Source: Gemmatimonadaceae bacterium (lineage in GTDB: Bacteria > Gemmatimonadota > Gemmatimonadetes > Gemmatimonadales > Gemmatimonadaceae). Taken from it: a DNA stretch of 29,192 bases. Positions 6,783-17,100 of this stretch are shown here, one piece after another. The notes beneath the pieces are model-generated. The model made no database searches. It worked only from the letters and a program-made list of their open reading frames with translations, and was not told the DNA's origin. The translations under genes and the position numbers were made by a program. The stretch covers positions 1 through 29,192 of the forward strand of contig JANRJP010000140.1 of assembly GCA_033763905.1 (NCBI GenBank), read 5' to 3'. Numbering within the stretch: the stretch's first letter is position 1; each line of letters begins with the position of its first letter.

Positions 6783-9700
6783 GGCTCGAAGGGGGACCGC
6801 CAATTCGGATCGTTTCGATTCGACACCTGCACGATGTCTTTGGTGCGATCGTTTCGAACAACGTAACTCTTGTCGGCATTGATATACGCGGTAGCAGGGT
6901 CGTCCATTCTCGAGCCATCTGACAAGAATCGCGTGTCTCGTGTCGCAGCCGTTCGCGAAGGGCGGGCAATCGTCTCGGCGACGGATTCCTGAGTCCACCC
7001 TCGAGTACCCATCTGACGGCCTACCTTGGCGCCGACGCTAAAGGTCGCGTCCTCCGCTGCGATGCCTGCGCTACCACGCAACGGCGCCCGCGCTCCGGTG
7101 GCCAAAAGGATGTATCCAGCGAGTGCCCCAGTGCTGTAGCCGGGGCCAGAGTATCCGGCTCCACTACCGGACGCGACCGAGAGACCGGTCAAGAAGTTCT
7201 CCAGAAACCTGCACCACTTCTTCGCCTCATCGCACAACCCAAACGGATCCGCAAAGTTGACCGGATCCCCGCCTGCGTAGCCGTAGCGGTTCCCCCCGCC
7301 GGCGAGCCCGATCGGATCCGGCTGCAGAAACCGCCCCGTCGCCGGATCATAATGCCGCGCCCGCAGGTACACCGCCCCCGTCGCCTCGGCGCGGCCCCCG
7401 AGCACGCTGCCCCACCACGCGCCCGTCGGCGCTGGCACCGCCTGCGCGCCATCGAGCGTGAGCCCGTTGCTGCGCCAATCCACCGGCGTCGGCGCGCCCG
7501 GCGCCCCGGGGGCGTGCGCGATCCAACTCCCCGTGGCCCGCCACCAGCCGCCGTACGCTTCGCCCTGCCAATCGCGCGACGGCACCAACGTTTCCACACG
7601 CCCACCCGCGCGCTGGATCGCCAGCGGCACGTCCACCCCGCCCGCGTGCACCAGCTGCACCGCGACCTGCTCGGTGCCGCGGGTCTGGAGTTCGGCCAGT
7701 GTCTGCGCGCCATCCCACACCGTGACGGTGCTGGTCTCAAGGCAGCGCCAGGTGCTCGTGCACGTCAGGGGATCGGGACGTGCGCGGGTGCGCACCTGCC
7801 GCCCCAGGGCATCGTAGCGCGACTCGGCGAAGACGCCCACGCGCGGGGCCGCTTGGGTCGGCGTGTCCGCGCTCCGTGGGCCGAAGCCTTCAAAGGTCTC
7901 GGTCGCGCGCAGGCGACCGGCGACGTCGTAGCGATGCGCGGTCGAGCGGAAGAGGACCGGGGCTGGCGCGGAGCCCGCCCCGCCCACACCGCCGGTCGTT
8001 CCCTGCCAGCGATAATCGCTCTCGAGCCAACGCAGGCGGCGCGCGCCCGTGACATACCGCGACGATTGCACGGCCGCGACCGGGCCGCCGGTGTACTCGT
8101 AGATGCGCGGCGAATCGAACGCGCGCAGCTCCCGTGCATCGGCAAAGCGCGCGATGCGCACCTCGCTCCCATACGTCCCGCCCGCCGGCGTCGCTGGCCA
8201 GCTCACGCGCGCGGTGGCCAGCCGATTGCCCAGCACGTCGGGCACGTGGGACTCGGTGTCGAGAAACGGAGAGCCGCTGCTCGCAAGCGCGCCGAGTGGC
8301 CCATAGGTGACACTGCGCACTTGGCCATCGGGGGCCTGCACACTACGGCGGCGACCGGCCGCATCGAACACCTGCTGGCGGCCGGTGAGTCCGGTGACGC
8401 GACCGTCAGCGTCAAGCTGGTATCGCTCGACATCGCGCGTCGCGCCGAGGCGAATCGCGGTAAGTCGACCGGCCAGGTCGTCGTCGAGGTTCAGGGTGTC
8501 CCCCTGCGGGGTCGTCACCCACAGCAGTTGCCCCGTGCCCAACGCATAGCCATAGCGCTGCGTGCACAAGCCAGCGCCGGCACACGCTGCACCAGACAGC
8601 GTCAGCGACCGCCGGCGGCTGTCGCGATCGTATTCGAACACGAGCGCGTGGGGCGGGTCAAAGTCCCCCGCAAAACCCGGTGACGCGAACGGCGGAGGCG
8701 GCCCCACAACGAACGGCGGTGGCTGGCAGGTCGCGCACGGCGGAGGGGGCGGTGCTTCACCGTCAACCAAGTACCGCGCAGGATCGTCGCAGGGGTCGGC
8801 ATCCGCGCTACCGTAGCGCCGCACGCGCAACGAGTCGTGTGTGAGCTCCCCCGCAGCGCTATACGCGCGCCGCACGCGAGCATACCGATTGTCCGCAGCA
8901 ACCATCCGGCCCGCCTCGTCGTACGCGAAGACTGCCGTGTCACCCGCTGTGCAGAACCCCTCGGCTGGACCCCAGCTCGGCAACTGGAACCCCGGCGTGC
9001 AGCGCAGGTCCAGTTGAACTGCGGGATCGTTCGCGCTCTCGGCGTGGGGGGCAAGCAGGTCACGGCAGGACGCACGCCCGCTGTATACCCGCGGCTCGAT
9101 GCGCCGAACAAGTCGGTTGAGCGCATCGTACTCCATTGTTGTGCTGCCGATCTCCGTGATTACCGTGCGCACGTTCCCGGCGGGGTCGTAGACCAACGAG
9201 TCCCCCGAGGTCTCGTTCGAGCGAACCACACGACCGAAGGCGTCGTATCGCCAGTAGGTGCTGTCCCGCTCTTGTCGCGGCGCGGGGACCGCGATGCCGG
9301 CGATGATCGGATACCGCCGCCAGAAGGACTGCACCACGGCGGACCGGCGCCCGGCTCGATCGTAGTACGTGGTTGTGGTCAGGGTGTCGGCGGGCAGGGT
9401 CAAGGTGACACCGCCGAAGATTACTGATACCGGTGGCCCCAACGCGCGCGTGAGCACGGGTCGGCCGGACGGATCGCGGACGAACTCGGTTCTCGTCCCC
9501 TGCGATAGCAGTTCGGCTTCAGTGCGGAGCGTATCGCGATGCGGCTGAGCAACGATGGAGTCGTCGCCGAAGGCGTCAGCAATGCGAAGCGTGACTACGC
9601 CGCTCGGTGAACGGACGGTACGCAGGTTGCCGAACGCGTCGTACGTGTACTGGTGCACGTTGCCCAGTGGATCGCGCGTGGTGGCTGGCAAGCCAGCGCC

Positions 9701-12457
9701 GAAGGTACCGGGACCGAAGTACGTGAAGTCATACTGACGTCCGGCTTGCCCGGCCCGCATCCGCAGCGGCTCGCCCGTCGTCGTATCGCGCTCGATGCGC
9801 GACCACACACCTTCGGGCGATTGCACCGAGTCAAGCTGCGTGAGGAAGCGCGTGTTGTATTGCAGCGTGGTTGTCGCGGTGTCAGCCGCTCCAGTCGCCG
9901 TGTTCCGCTGAATCCGCCGTACGCTCGCTGGCACGCCGGTGGACGCGAAGGTAACCGCGTTGACGAGTCGCCCGGCGGCACCACCGGGCAGATCGGTGCG
10001 GCCGACCGTTGCCGCCCAAATGCTGTCGCGCTCGAATCGCGCATCCGCTCCCGTCGGGTCGACCGCACGAACGACCGCGCCGAAGCGGTCGAGGTACAAG
10101 ACGCTCGAGTCCGCCACGTCAGTGCGCGGCCCACGGATGATGGTGCGAACGGTCGCCAGTCGTGAGTCGCGAGCAATGAACGGCAGACCGATCGTCTCCG
10201 CCGCTTCGACGCCGATACGAATTGCTGCCCCTGCAGCGCCCTCCGCGACCAAGCTGTCGACGGCACCGCCGGCGTCGAAATGGGCACGATGCACCGTGCC
10301 CGTCCCATCGGTCATTGAGACGAGGCGCCCTTGCGAATCGTATGTGTGCCGGACCGAGTCGCCTTCCGCCGAGCGGATTCGTGAACCCCACGTCCCGAAC
10401 TGCAGCGTATCGTTCGCCGCGCGCGCCGCTGCGCGGACCGAGAAGACCGTGGTGCTGGTCGAGCCCGGCGTCGACGAAATGATCAGTCGCGCCTGCCGAG
10501 GATACTGAATGGAGTCGGGAATCTCTCGCTCACTCGTGGCGGGCCAGAAGACCCTCATTCCGTGCTCGAGCGTATCTGTCGGGAGAATCACGGCCGTCAT
10601 CCGCCCTGACGCATCGAAGCGCACGCGCCCACCAGATGGAGTGAGCCGTTCCCAGGTTCCATCGGCGAGCCGCTGAATGGTGGTAGGGGTCTCAAGGCGA
10701 CGCGTTGTCCAGATCGTCGAACCACCGTATCTGAACTGCATCCATCCGCCGTCTCCGGCGAGCCACAGCACCGAGCTGTCGGCCCCACCGGTGACGAGGG
10801 ACTCCATGCCCGAGAGCCACCACCCACGTGGCACTTTGTCGGACCGCCGTCTCGCGACGACGACTTCGCCGTTGACGACGGTCGTCACCGCCGTGGCAGC
10901 TGCGTGCCGACGGACCTCGAGGCGATACGCGTGCAATCCCACGCTGAATGGACTGCCGTCGAACGACAACGCGAGCCTCCGCCCGCTGCTGGGCGTCCAG
11001 CCAACGGCAGACCACACCCCCGTGGCGACGGGAGTCGTGCTGGTGCCAATAAAGAGCGCTGCGGTCACGGAATCGGTGCCGCTAACGTCCGGCAGATACG
11101 CGGCGACGGCGACCTGCACGCGGTCGTCCGCCAGTGCTGACGAGTACGCGAGTTGCGGTGCGATGCGGCGCCCAAATCGCGTGATGGCGCGCAGGCCGTG
11201 GCCGACTTGCAGCGCCCCGCAGCGGGAGACCATTGCGACCCCCGCGACCGCTGCGCAGTCCGATGGGCGTTGGGCATCGTCTGACTGCGTGGCCGTGGTG
11301 TCGGCAAGGATGAGCATTCCCGGGGCGCTCGACGCCTCCACCGGAAACGGACAGCCCGCAGTTTGCACGATTGGCGTCCCGATCGGCACCATAATGGGCT
11401 CGCGCAGCCCCGTCGCGTAGCGCGCAATGGGAATGATGTCGAACAGGTCGAGCCCCGACCTGACGCACGACCCCGCGACGCCTGGCATCCGAAGATAGCC
11501 CGGTACGTAACGACCGACGGACGTGCGTCGCACGTCCCCCGGGAGCGGTGTTGCACCCGAGTCCACGACGTAGAGCGGTGAAGTGTCGTCGCCTAGGCGG
11601 AATGACACGTTCGCGGCCAGCTCTTGCAGCGAGCCGGGAGGGAACTGCGCCAATCCGTTCGCCACATTGAGTATGAGAATGACGTCCGTGATGTTGATGA
11701 CGTTCCACGGATCTCCTGTCACGTTGCCGTAGACGAGTCGGCCGAATGCCGGCCCACGGATGGGGTTTATGCTCGACCAATCGGGCAGCTCGACCGGGCC
11801 GCCGTCGCTCGCTTCAAGAGAACTCGGCCCGCTCGGGTCGCGTCGTCCCGACGCGTTCTCGTCCGGCGGCGGACTCCCGCGAGGCGTCGTTGTGGGTTCC
11901 ATCCACCACGCGGCGGATCGCCCGTCAATCCGACGCACTTCCTTCAACGCTCCCGCGGCACGGACGAGCGGGGTTAGGCGCATCGGCACCACGTCGCGCG
12001 GCCCGTCGAATAAGCTGGCGGCCTTCACGTCACCGGCGTCCAATCCGTTGTGGTACCTGGCCGCGAGAACCGTGAAGACGAGGCGAATGGCGAACGCTGC
12101 ATCATCTGGCCGAAGCGATGCTGCGGCGAGGTCCAATCGCCCCGTCTCGGCTTGCCGGTCGTTCACCGAGAGTGCGATCGTCCGGTCGAGCTCCTGACCT
12201 TCGTATCGGAGTCGGCGCGCGTCGAACTGCAACGCCGCCTGCATCGCCCGGACCGACGCCGAGCCACGACGATCCGCGAGGGTGACCACCACGCGTGAGC
12301 CGACCGGCGCGAGAGTGTCTGACACCAGTAGTTCGAGCCGGGTGGGTCGTCGCTGCGATTCGGCAGACGAGACCGGCACCACGGCGAGGGTGCAGAGTGA
12401 CGCGAGCAGGATGCACTCGGCGACGCGGGACTGCGACAGTGGGCGGTTGATTCGCAT
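6779..12457 (-). CDS. RHS/YD-repeat polymorphic toxin: signal peptide, cohesin-like, dockerin-like, RHS core, colicin E5-like tRNase
   Basis: YD repeats (YDSQGRL, YDAFGNL, YDALNRL, YDEAGRM); core end YLRARHYDPATGRFLQPDPIG...YAGGDPVNFADPFGL; tip KVGRQMGTRGWT..DPATAY..YVVRNDRTKDIVQVSNRNDPNW resembles the colicin E5 ribonuclease domain. Confidence 0.93.
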   Translation of the reverse strand: MRINRPLSQSRVAECILLASLCTLAVVPVSSAESQRRPTRLELLVSDTLAPVGSRVVVTLADRRGSASVRAMQAALQFDARRLRYEGQELDRTIALSVNDRQAETGRLDLAAASLRPDDAAFAIRLVFTVLAARYHNGLDAGDVKAASLFDGPRDVVPMRLTPLVRAAGALKEVRRIDGRSAAWWMEPTTTPRGSPPPDENASGRRDPSGPSSLEASDGGPVELPDWSSINPIRGPAFGRLVYGNVTGDPWNVINITDVILILNVANGLAQFPPGSLQELAANVSFRLGDDTSPLYVVDSGATPLPGDVRRTSVGRYVPGYLRMPGVAGSCVRSGLDLFDIIPIARYATGLREPIMVPIGTPIVQTAGCPFPVEASSAPGMLILADTTATQSDDAQRPSDCAAVAGVAMVSRCGALQVGHGLRAITRFGRRIAPQLAYSSALADDRVQVAVAAYLPDVSGTDSVTAALFIGTSTTPVATGVWSAVGWTPSSGRRLALSFDGSPFSVGLHAYRLEVRRHAAATAVTTVVNGEVVVARRRSDKVPRGWWLSGMESLVTGGADSSVLWLAGDGGWMQFRYGGSTIWTTRRLETPTTIQRLADGTWERLTPSGGRVRFDASGRMTAVILPTDTLEHGMRVFWPATSEREIPDSIQYPRQARLIISSTPGSTSTTVFSVRAAARAANDTLQFGTWGSRIRSAEGDSVRHTYDSQGRLVSMTDGTGTVHRAHFDAGGAVDSLVAEGAAGAAIRIGVEAAETIGLPFIARDSRLATVRTIIRGPRTDVADSSVLYLDRFGAVVRAVDPTGADARFERDSIWAATVGRTDLPGGAAGRLVNAVTFASTGVPASVRRIQRNTATGAADTATTTLQYNTRFLTQLDSVQSPEGVWSRIERDTTTGEPLRMRAGQAGRQYDFTYFGPGTFGAGLPATTRDPLGNVHQYTYDAFGNLRTVRSPSGVVTLRIADAFGDDSIVAQPHRDTLRTEAELLSQGTRTEFVRDPSGRPVLTRALGPPVSVIFGGVTLTLPADTLTTTTYYDRAGRRSAVVQSFWRRYPIIAGIAVPAPRQERDSTYWRYDAFGRVVRSNETSGDSLVYDPAGNVRTVITEIGSTTMEYDALNRLVRRIEPRVYSGRASCRDLLAPHAESANDPAVQLDLRCTPGFQLPSWGPAEGFCTAGDTAVFAYDEAGRMVAADNRYARVRRAYSAAGELTHDSLRVRRYGSADADPCDDPARYLVDGEAPPPPPCATCQPPPFVVGPPPPFASPGFAGDFDPPHALVFEYDRDSRRRSLTLSGAACAGAGLCTQRYGYALGTGQLLWVTTPQGDTLNLDDDLAGRLTAIRLGATRDVERYQLDADGRVTGLTGRQQVFDAAGRRRSVQAPDGQVRSVTYGPLGALASSGSPFLDTESHVPDVLGNRLATARVSWPATPAGGTYGSEVRIARFADARELRAFDSPRIYEYTGGPVAAVQSSRYVTGARRLRWLESDYRWQGTTGGVGGAGSAPAPVLFRSTAHRYDVAGRLRATETFEGFGPRSADTPTQAAPRVGVFAESRYDALGRQVRTRARPDPLTCTSTWRCLETSTVTVWDGAQTLAELQTRGTEQVAVQLVHAGGVDVPLAIQRAGGRVETLVPSRDWQGEAYGGWWRATGSWIAHAPGAPGAPTPVDWRSNGLTLDGAQAVPAPTGAWWGSVLGGRAEATGAVYLRARHYDPATGRFLQPDPIGLAGGGNRYGYAGGDPVNFADPFGLCDEAKKWCRFLENFLTGLSVASGSGAGYSGPGYSTGALAGYILLATGARAPLRGSAGIAAEDATFSVGAKVGRQMGTRGWTQESVAETIARPSRTAATRDTRFLSDGSRMDDPATAYINADKSYVVRNDRTKDIVQVSNRNDPNWRSPFEP

Positions 12458-12570
12458 ACCCTGCGCTAAGCACGAGTCGGACCAGTGCGCGCCGCGTGGT
12501 CAATTCCTTGCCGACGCGGAGGTTACGTCAGATTGCGCATCGTCATCGCCGAGCCATTCGGGGCACCGCA

Positions 12571-12596
12571 CGCGCGAAATCGCGCGAAATCGCGCG
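12571..12596. repeat. 10-bp tandem repeat (CGCGCGAAAT)x2 plus CGCGCG upstream of the RHS gene
   Basis: Read directly; lies in the intergenic gap 12458-12598. Confidence 0.75.
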
Positions 12597-12598
12597 CA

Positions 12599-13105
12599 TC
12601 AATCGACGGTGAAGAACTCGCTCACCTCATACTTCCAAACAAGCCACCGTCCGTCCGACGCAACCATCGTGTAGCGCTCCGCGTAACCCATCCCGCAGGT
12701 CCGCAGACACACGGTGAGCCTCACGACGCACCGCGTCTCCGGCGCACACTCGACGCCGTGCAGCGATGCCCACACCCGCCGAGGCGTGGTGTCGGCAGCT
12801 GCAGGGGAATGGACCTGCAGAATCCCCGCCGCGACGAAACGACGCGCGAGCGCCTGCGTACGCACGGTCCCGCAGTCGGCGCCACCGCCACCGCTCGTAT
12901 CGACCGACAAGGGGCCGAAGCCAAGCGTCGATTGTCGAGACTCCAGTGCTGCTCGCACCAACGCTTCATCCCGCGCGGTCAACGCATCGCACGTTTGCGC
13001 CAGGGCGAGGCGTGGGACGCAGGCCAAGGCGCCGAGCAAGACGGCGATGCATTGGACACGCGCGCTCAGACGTCGTCGTGCGCCGAATGCACCCCGCCAC
13101 CGCAC
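12599..13105 (-). CDS. Secreted Cys-containing hypothetical protein
   Basis: GTG 1 nt after the nucleotidyltransferase stop; signal-like IAVLLGALACVPRLALA-Q; C-terminal CLRTCGMG..Y...DGRWLV. Start uncertain. Confidence 0.6.
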   Translation of the reverse strand: MRWRGAFGARRRLSARVQCIAVLLGALACVPRLALAQTCDALTARDEALVRAALESRQSTLGFGPLSVDTSGGGGADCGTVRTQALARRFVAAGILQVHSPAAADTTPRRVWASLHGVECAPETRCVVRLTVCLRTCGMGYAERYTMVASDGRWLVWKYEVSEFFTVD

Positions 13106-13106
13106 C

Positions 13107-14096
13107 TCAGCCGCCCCGCACTTCCCCGTGATCCCCCACCGACACCCGCCCCTGCACCCCTTCCACCACCGCGTGATCCCCCACCAGCGACATCGTCAAC
13201 GTGCTGCGACGAATCGCCGAGTGCCCGCCGATCACCGCGTGTGATACAGTCGCGTCTTCGACCACCGTGCCCGCACCGATCGACACGTTCGGCCCCACCG
13301 TGCAACGCGTGAGCACCGCGCCGTCTTCGATGTACACGGGATCCACCACGGTCACGTCGGCGCCAAGCGACGCCGGACGACGGGCGCGGCCCTTCGTGAG
13401 CATCGTCTGGTTGGTCTCGAGCAAGGTCTCCACCTGCCCGGCGTCGTACCAGCCGTCGACGTCCACGACCTTCAGCTTCGCGCCGTGGTCGATCATATAC
13501 TGGAACGCGTCGGTGAGGTAATACTCGCCCTTGTTCGCGGGACGCGACAACGTGTGATCGATGCCCGCGAACAACAACTGCCAGTTGGCGATGTAATACA
13601 GCCCGATGTTCGCGCGCTTCGAAATGGGCTCCTTGGGCTTCTCGACGATCTTCGTCATCATCTCGTCGCCGTCGGTCACCACCACACCAAAACGCTGATA
13701 ATCCTCGACGGTCTTGGTCCAAATGATGCCGTCGGCCGCTGTGCGGTTGATGATGTTGAGATCGGCGTCGAAGATGGTGTCGACGAAGATGATCAGCACC
13801 GGCTCGTTGACGAACTCGCGCGCCAACGCCACCGCGCCCGCCGTGCCGTCCTGCACCTTCTGCTCAATGAAGCGCGCGGGCAACGACGCGTGCGCCGACG
13901 TCACGTGCTTCTCGACGGCCTCCTTCAAGTGCCCCGTGATGTAGATGACCTCGCTCACGTTGCCCAGCTTCTTCACGTCGTCGAGCACGTAGTCCATCAC
14001 CGGCTTGCCGGCGACCTTGAGCATCGGCTTGGGCACGGTGTGCGTGTGCGGACGCAGACGCGTCCCCTTGCCCGCCAGCGGAATGATGACTTTCAC
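13107..14096 (-). CDS. Sugar-phosphate nucleotidyltransferase (glucose-1-phosphate thymidylyltransferase long-form-like) with C-terminal left-handed beta-helix
   Basis: MKVIIPLAGKGTRLRPHT..PKPM, GTAGAV, KIVEKPKEP, GEYYLTDAFQ, WYDAG, hexapeptide repeats (VGPNVSIGAGTVV). Confidence 0.92.
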   Translation of the reverse strand: MKVIIPLAGKGTRLRPHTHTVPKPMLKVAGKPVMDYVLDDVKKLGNVSEVIYITGHLKEAVEKHVTSAHASLPARFIEQKVQDGTAGAVALAREFVNEPVLIIFVDTIFDADLNIINRTAADGIIWTKTVEDYQRFGVVVTDGDEMMTKIVEKPKEPISKRANIGLYYIANWQLLFAGIDHTLSRPANKGEYYLTDAFQYMIDHGAKLKVVDVDGWYDAGQVETLLETNQTMLTKGRARRPASLGADVTVVDPVYIEDGAVLTRCTVGPNVSIGAGTVVEDATVSHAVIGGHSAIRRSTLTMSLVGDHAVVEGVQGRVSVGDHGEVRGG

Positions 14097-14100
14097 GGAA

Positions 14101-17100
14101 TCACCAGAGGTCAGTAAAGGAGAACGTCACCCGGAAGCGCGTCGATTGCGTCGTCCACCTGGACGGCCCAATGCTCGACGCCGCATCCGAAACATATAGC
14201 GGCACATCGACCCGCACCCGCAGCGGCTCGTCGAGCAGCGCGCCACGCGCCACCAGCGCGAGCCCGGCCGAGGCGCGGCGGCTGGGTGCCCGCGGTGCGT
14301 CGGCCACGATAGGCGAGAACCAGCGCGACGGGCTCACCACCCCGTCGGTCCACAGCGCCGCGAAAACCCGCGTCGGCTCGCGACCCACATCCAGCGTCAC
14401 CAATCTGCGACCCACTTCCGCGTTGCCCGAGACCGCCAGCAGCGCCGTGCCCAAACTGATACCTGGCGCGTAGCCCCGCACCCCGGCACCGCCCAGCGGG
14501 ACGTACGTCACGCCCCGCCGCGACAACGGCGCACCGCTGCCGCGCCACCAATGCTGGGCAAAGGTCTCGGCCGCGCTCGCCGACGACACCAGCCACTGAC
14601 GCTCGATCGGCGCACCGCTCGACACCGCCCCGCCCCAGCCGCGCAGCGCCACATACCAGGCCTCGCCGCGCGTCGCGCCGCGCAGCGTCTGCGCGAGCTC
14701 GGCACGCGCGTAGCCGCGCTGCGCGTACCCCAACGCCAGCGCCGCGCGGCGTTCGCGCGTCCACGTCGTGCCGCCCGACCGCAGCGCGCGCGGCCGAACC
14801 AGCGACCGCCACTGCAGCTCAGCCGAACTCCGACCCGACCAGCGACCGTCGCTCAGCCACGCGCTGCCGTTCGGCGCCGTCCAGTCGGCGCTCAGCTCGT
14901 ACACACGCGTCGTACCGTTGGCGAACACGAAGTCCGAGCGGTCCCAGCGCTGGCGCAGCGCCGCGCGCGCGAGGCCGTCGATGTCCCACAGTTCCATCGA
15001 CAGTCCCACCACCGGCCGCCCGTGTCGCCCGAACGTGGGGTTCCGCCACGTCCACCAGAACGGGAATCGCGTACCGCGCACCGCGCGTGCATCGGCCGCC
15101 GTGCCGGGCACCCGCGCGGTGAGGCCCATTCCCACATCGTGCAGATTCGCCAGCTCTCCGGTGCGAAAGCGCGCGCGCACCGCGGCGCTCGCACCGCCGG
15201 GCGTGGTGTACCACGGCAGCACGCTCCACGCGGTCACCCGCGCGTCGGGCGTCCATTGCTCCAAGAACGGCCAGTCGAGCACGTCCCGATTCGTCGCGCG
15301 GCTCGGCGCGTGACCGTACCAGCGCCGAGGGGTGTCGTTCGCCGGATTCCAATCGCCGCTCGTGCCCCAAGGATCGAGCCGCACTTCGATGGGCCGCTCG
15401 GGCGTGGTGATCGACAGCGGAATCCACGCGCGCGACGTGTCCACCGGCACGCGCACGAACTGCCAGCCCAACGACGTCCGCACGCCAACGCTCGGCGTGT
15501 GCACGTACTCACCTTCGCGGCGCACACTGAAGCTCGTGCGCACCCCGCCCGCCACGGGTTCGTACGTCACGCGGCCCAACGCGTAGTCCACGAGCCCGGT
15601 GCGGCGAATCCACTGACTGAAGAACCAACCCAAATCACAACCGCAGGCCCGCTCGGCTTCGGTACGCAGCGCGGCTTCGGTGACGTGCTTGAAGGCCCAG
15701 CGCGCATAGTAGGCGCGCCACATCTCCTTGAAGGCGCTTTCGCCCATCACGTCGCGCAGTGCGCGGTACAGTCGTTCGCCGCGGCCGTAGATCATTTGCC
15801 CGTACACGCCGAAGTCGCGGTAGTTCGCGGCCTCGGTCGACAGCGGCTCGGCCTGCCCCAAGAGATCCAGTCGCACTTGCTCGGCGTCGAGCTGCCGCAG
15901 CGGGTTCGGCTGCGTGGCGAGTGCGCGATACCAGTGCGTGGGCGACTCGGGCGCGGGGCGCCCCGCTTGTTCCTGCGGCAACAGGTCCTGCGCCCACGAC
16001 TCCTGAAACGACGTGAGCCCTTCGTCGAGCCAGCCGTCGCGCCACTCGTTGTTGGCGAGAATGCCGTAGGTGTAGATGTGCCCGAGCTCGTGGAGAATCA
16101 GCCCGTAGTCGGCCGAGCCGTCCATAATGACCATCGGGAATTCGGTGCCGCCGCCGTCCAAGCGATGCAGGTTGGTCACCTGCGGGTACGGATATGCCCC
16201 GTACAATTGCTCGAGCCATTCCAGCGCCTTGGCCGTGCGCTCGACGGCCACGCCGCGCCCCCATTCGGCTTCGTCACCGGTGCGCCACAGGACGTGAATG
16301 GCCACCGTGTCGAAAGGCACGAAGGGCAAGGCGCGATCAGGCTTGGTGCGGCGCACCCACGCGCGGCCTTCGTGCACGTAGTCGGGGCTCGTGCTCCAGG
16401 CAAAGTGGTGCACGTCGCGCGCGACCCAGCGCACGCGCTTGTAGCCCGCGGGCACCTGCACCGCCGGCCCCGCACTCGTCACCGCATAGGCTTCGCGCGC
16501 CAACACCGGCGCGGGCGTGCTCTTGGGATGCTTGGTCCAGCCGGGATCACCTTCCACCGGCACGCCGGTGGCGCCCAAGACTTGATCGTCGCGCACGACC
16601 AGCGTCACGTCGAAGCTGCCGAATTCGCCGTAGAACTCGCCGGCTGGCGTGAGCGGGCGATCCTGCCATCCACTGGCGTCGTACACCGCCACCTTGGGAT
16701 ACCACTGCGCCAAGTCCCAATGCCGGTCGCGGCGGCCTTGGCGCCGCGGCGTGGTACTGGGCCGAGCGTCCCAGGCCAAGGCCACGTCAATGGAATCCCC
16801 GGGCGCGAGCGGAGCGTCGAGCGCCATCACCGCCACCGTGCTGTCGGGCGCCAAGGGGTAGCGCAGGGTCAACGCGCGGCCGTTGACGCGCGGTGCGTCG
16901 GTGAAGCGCTCGTAGCCGATATCGTCTGCGCCCAAGTGCCCGAAGCGCCGACGGCCTTCGCGCGCGTCGACCGCGCTCCAGCGCGAGCCCGGCCGAAAGG
17001 CGTTCAGGTACTGATGCACGCGCAGCTCGCGCAGCGTGTCGGGGCTGTTGTTCACGTAGTGCAGCGTGCCGCGCGCACTCAGGACCTGACGCGATTCGTC

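Larger units (their letters stand above)
5714..7831. repeat. 579-bp imperfect direct repeat: 5714-6292 vs 7253-7831 (offset 1539)
   Basis: Both copies begin AAAGTTGACCGGATCCCCGCCTGCGTAGCCGT and end CGACTCGGCGAA; 7 amino-acid differences plus scattered synonymous changes. Confidence 0.95.

Noticed and set aside
6783..6998. N-terminal 72 aa of ORF 6453..6998
   Set aside because: Overlaps the toxin tip in another frame; the ATG at 6782 with ATGA coupling is the more plausible start.
8725..8740. CATC in RHS as a heme-binding site
   Set aside because: Followed by Gln, not His; not CxxCH.
12495..12515. Sigma54 promoter upstream of RHS (CGGCAAGGAATTGAC on minus strand)
   Set aside because: The spacing and -12 dinucleotide do not fit GG-N10-GC.
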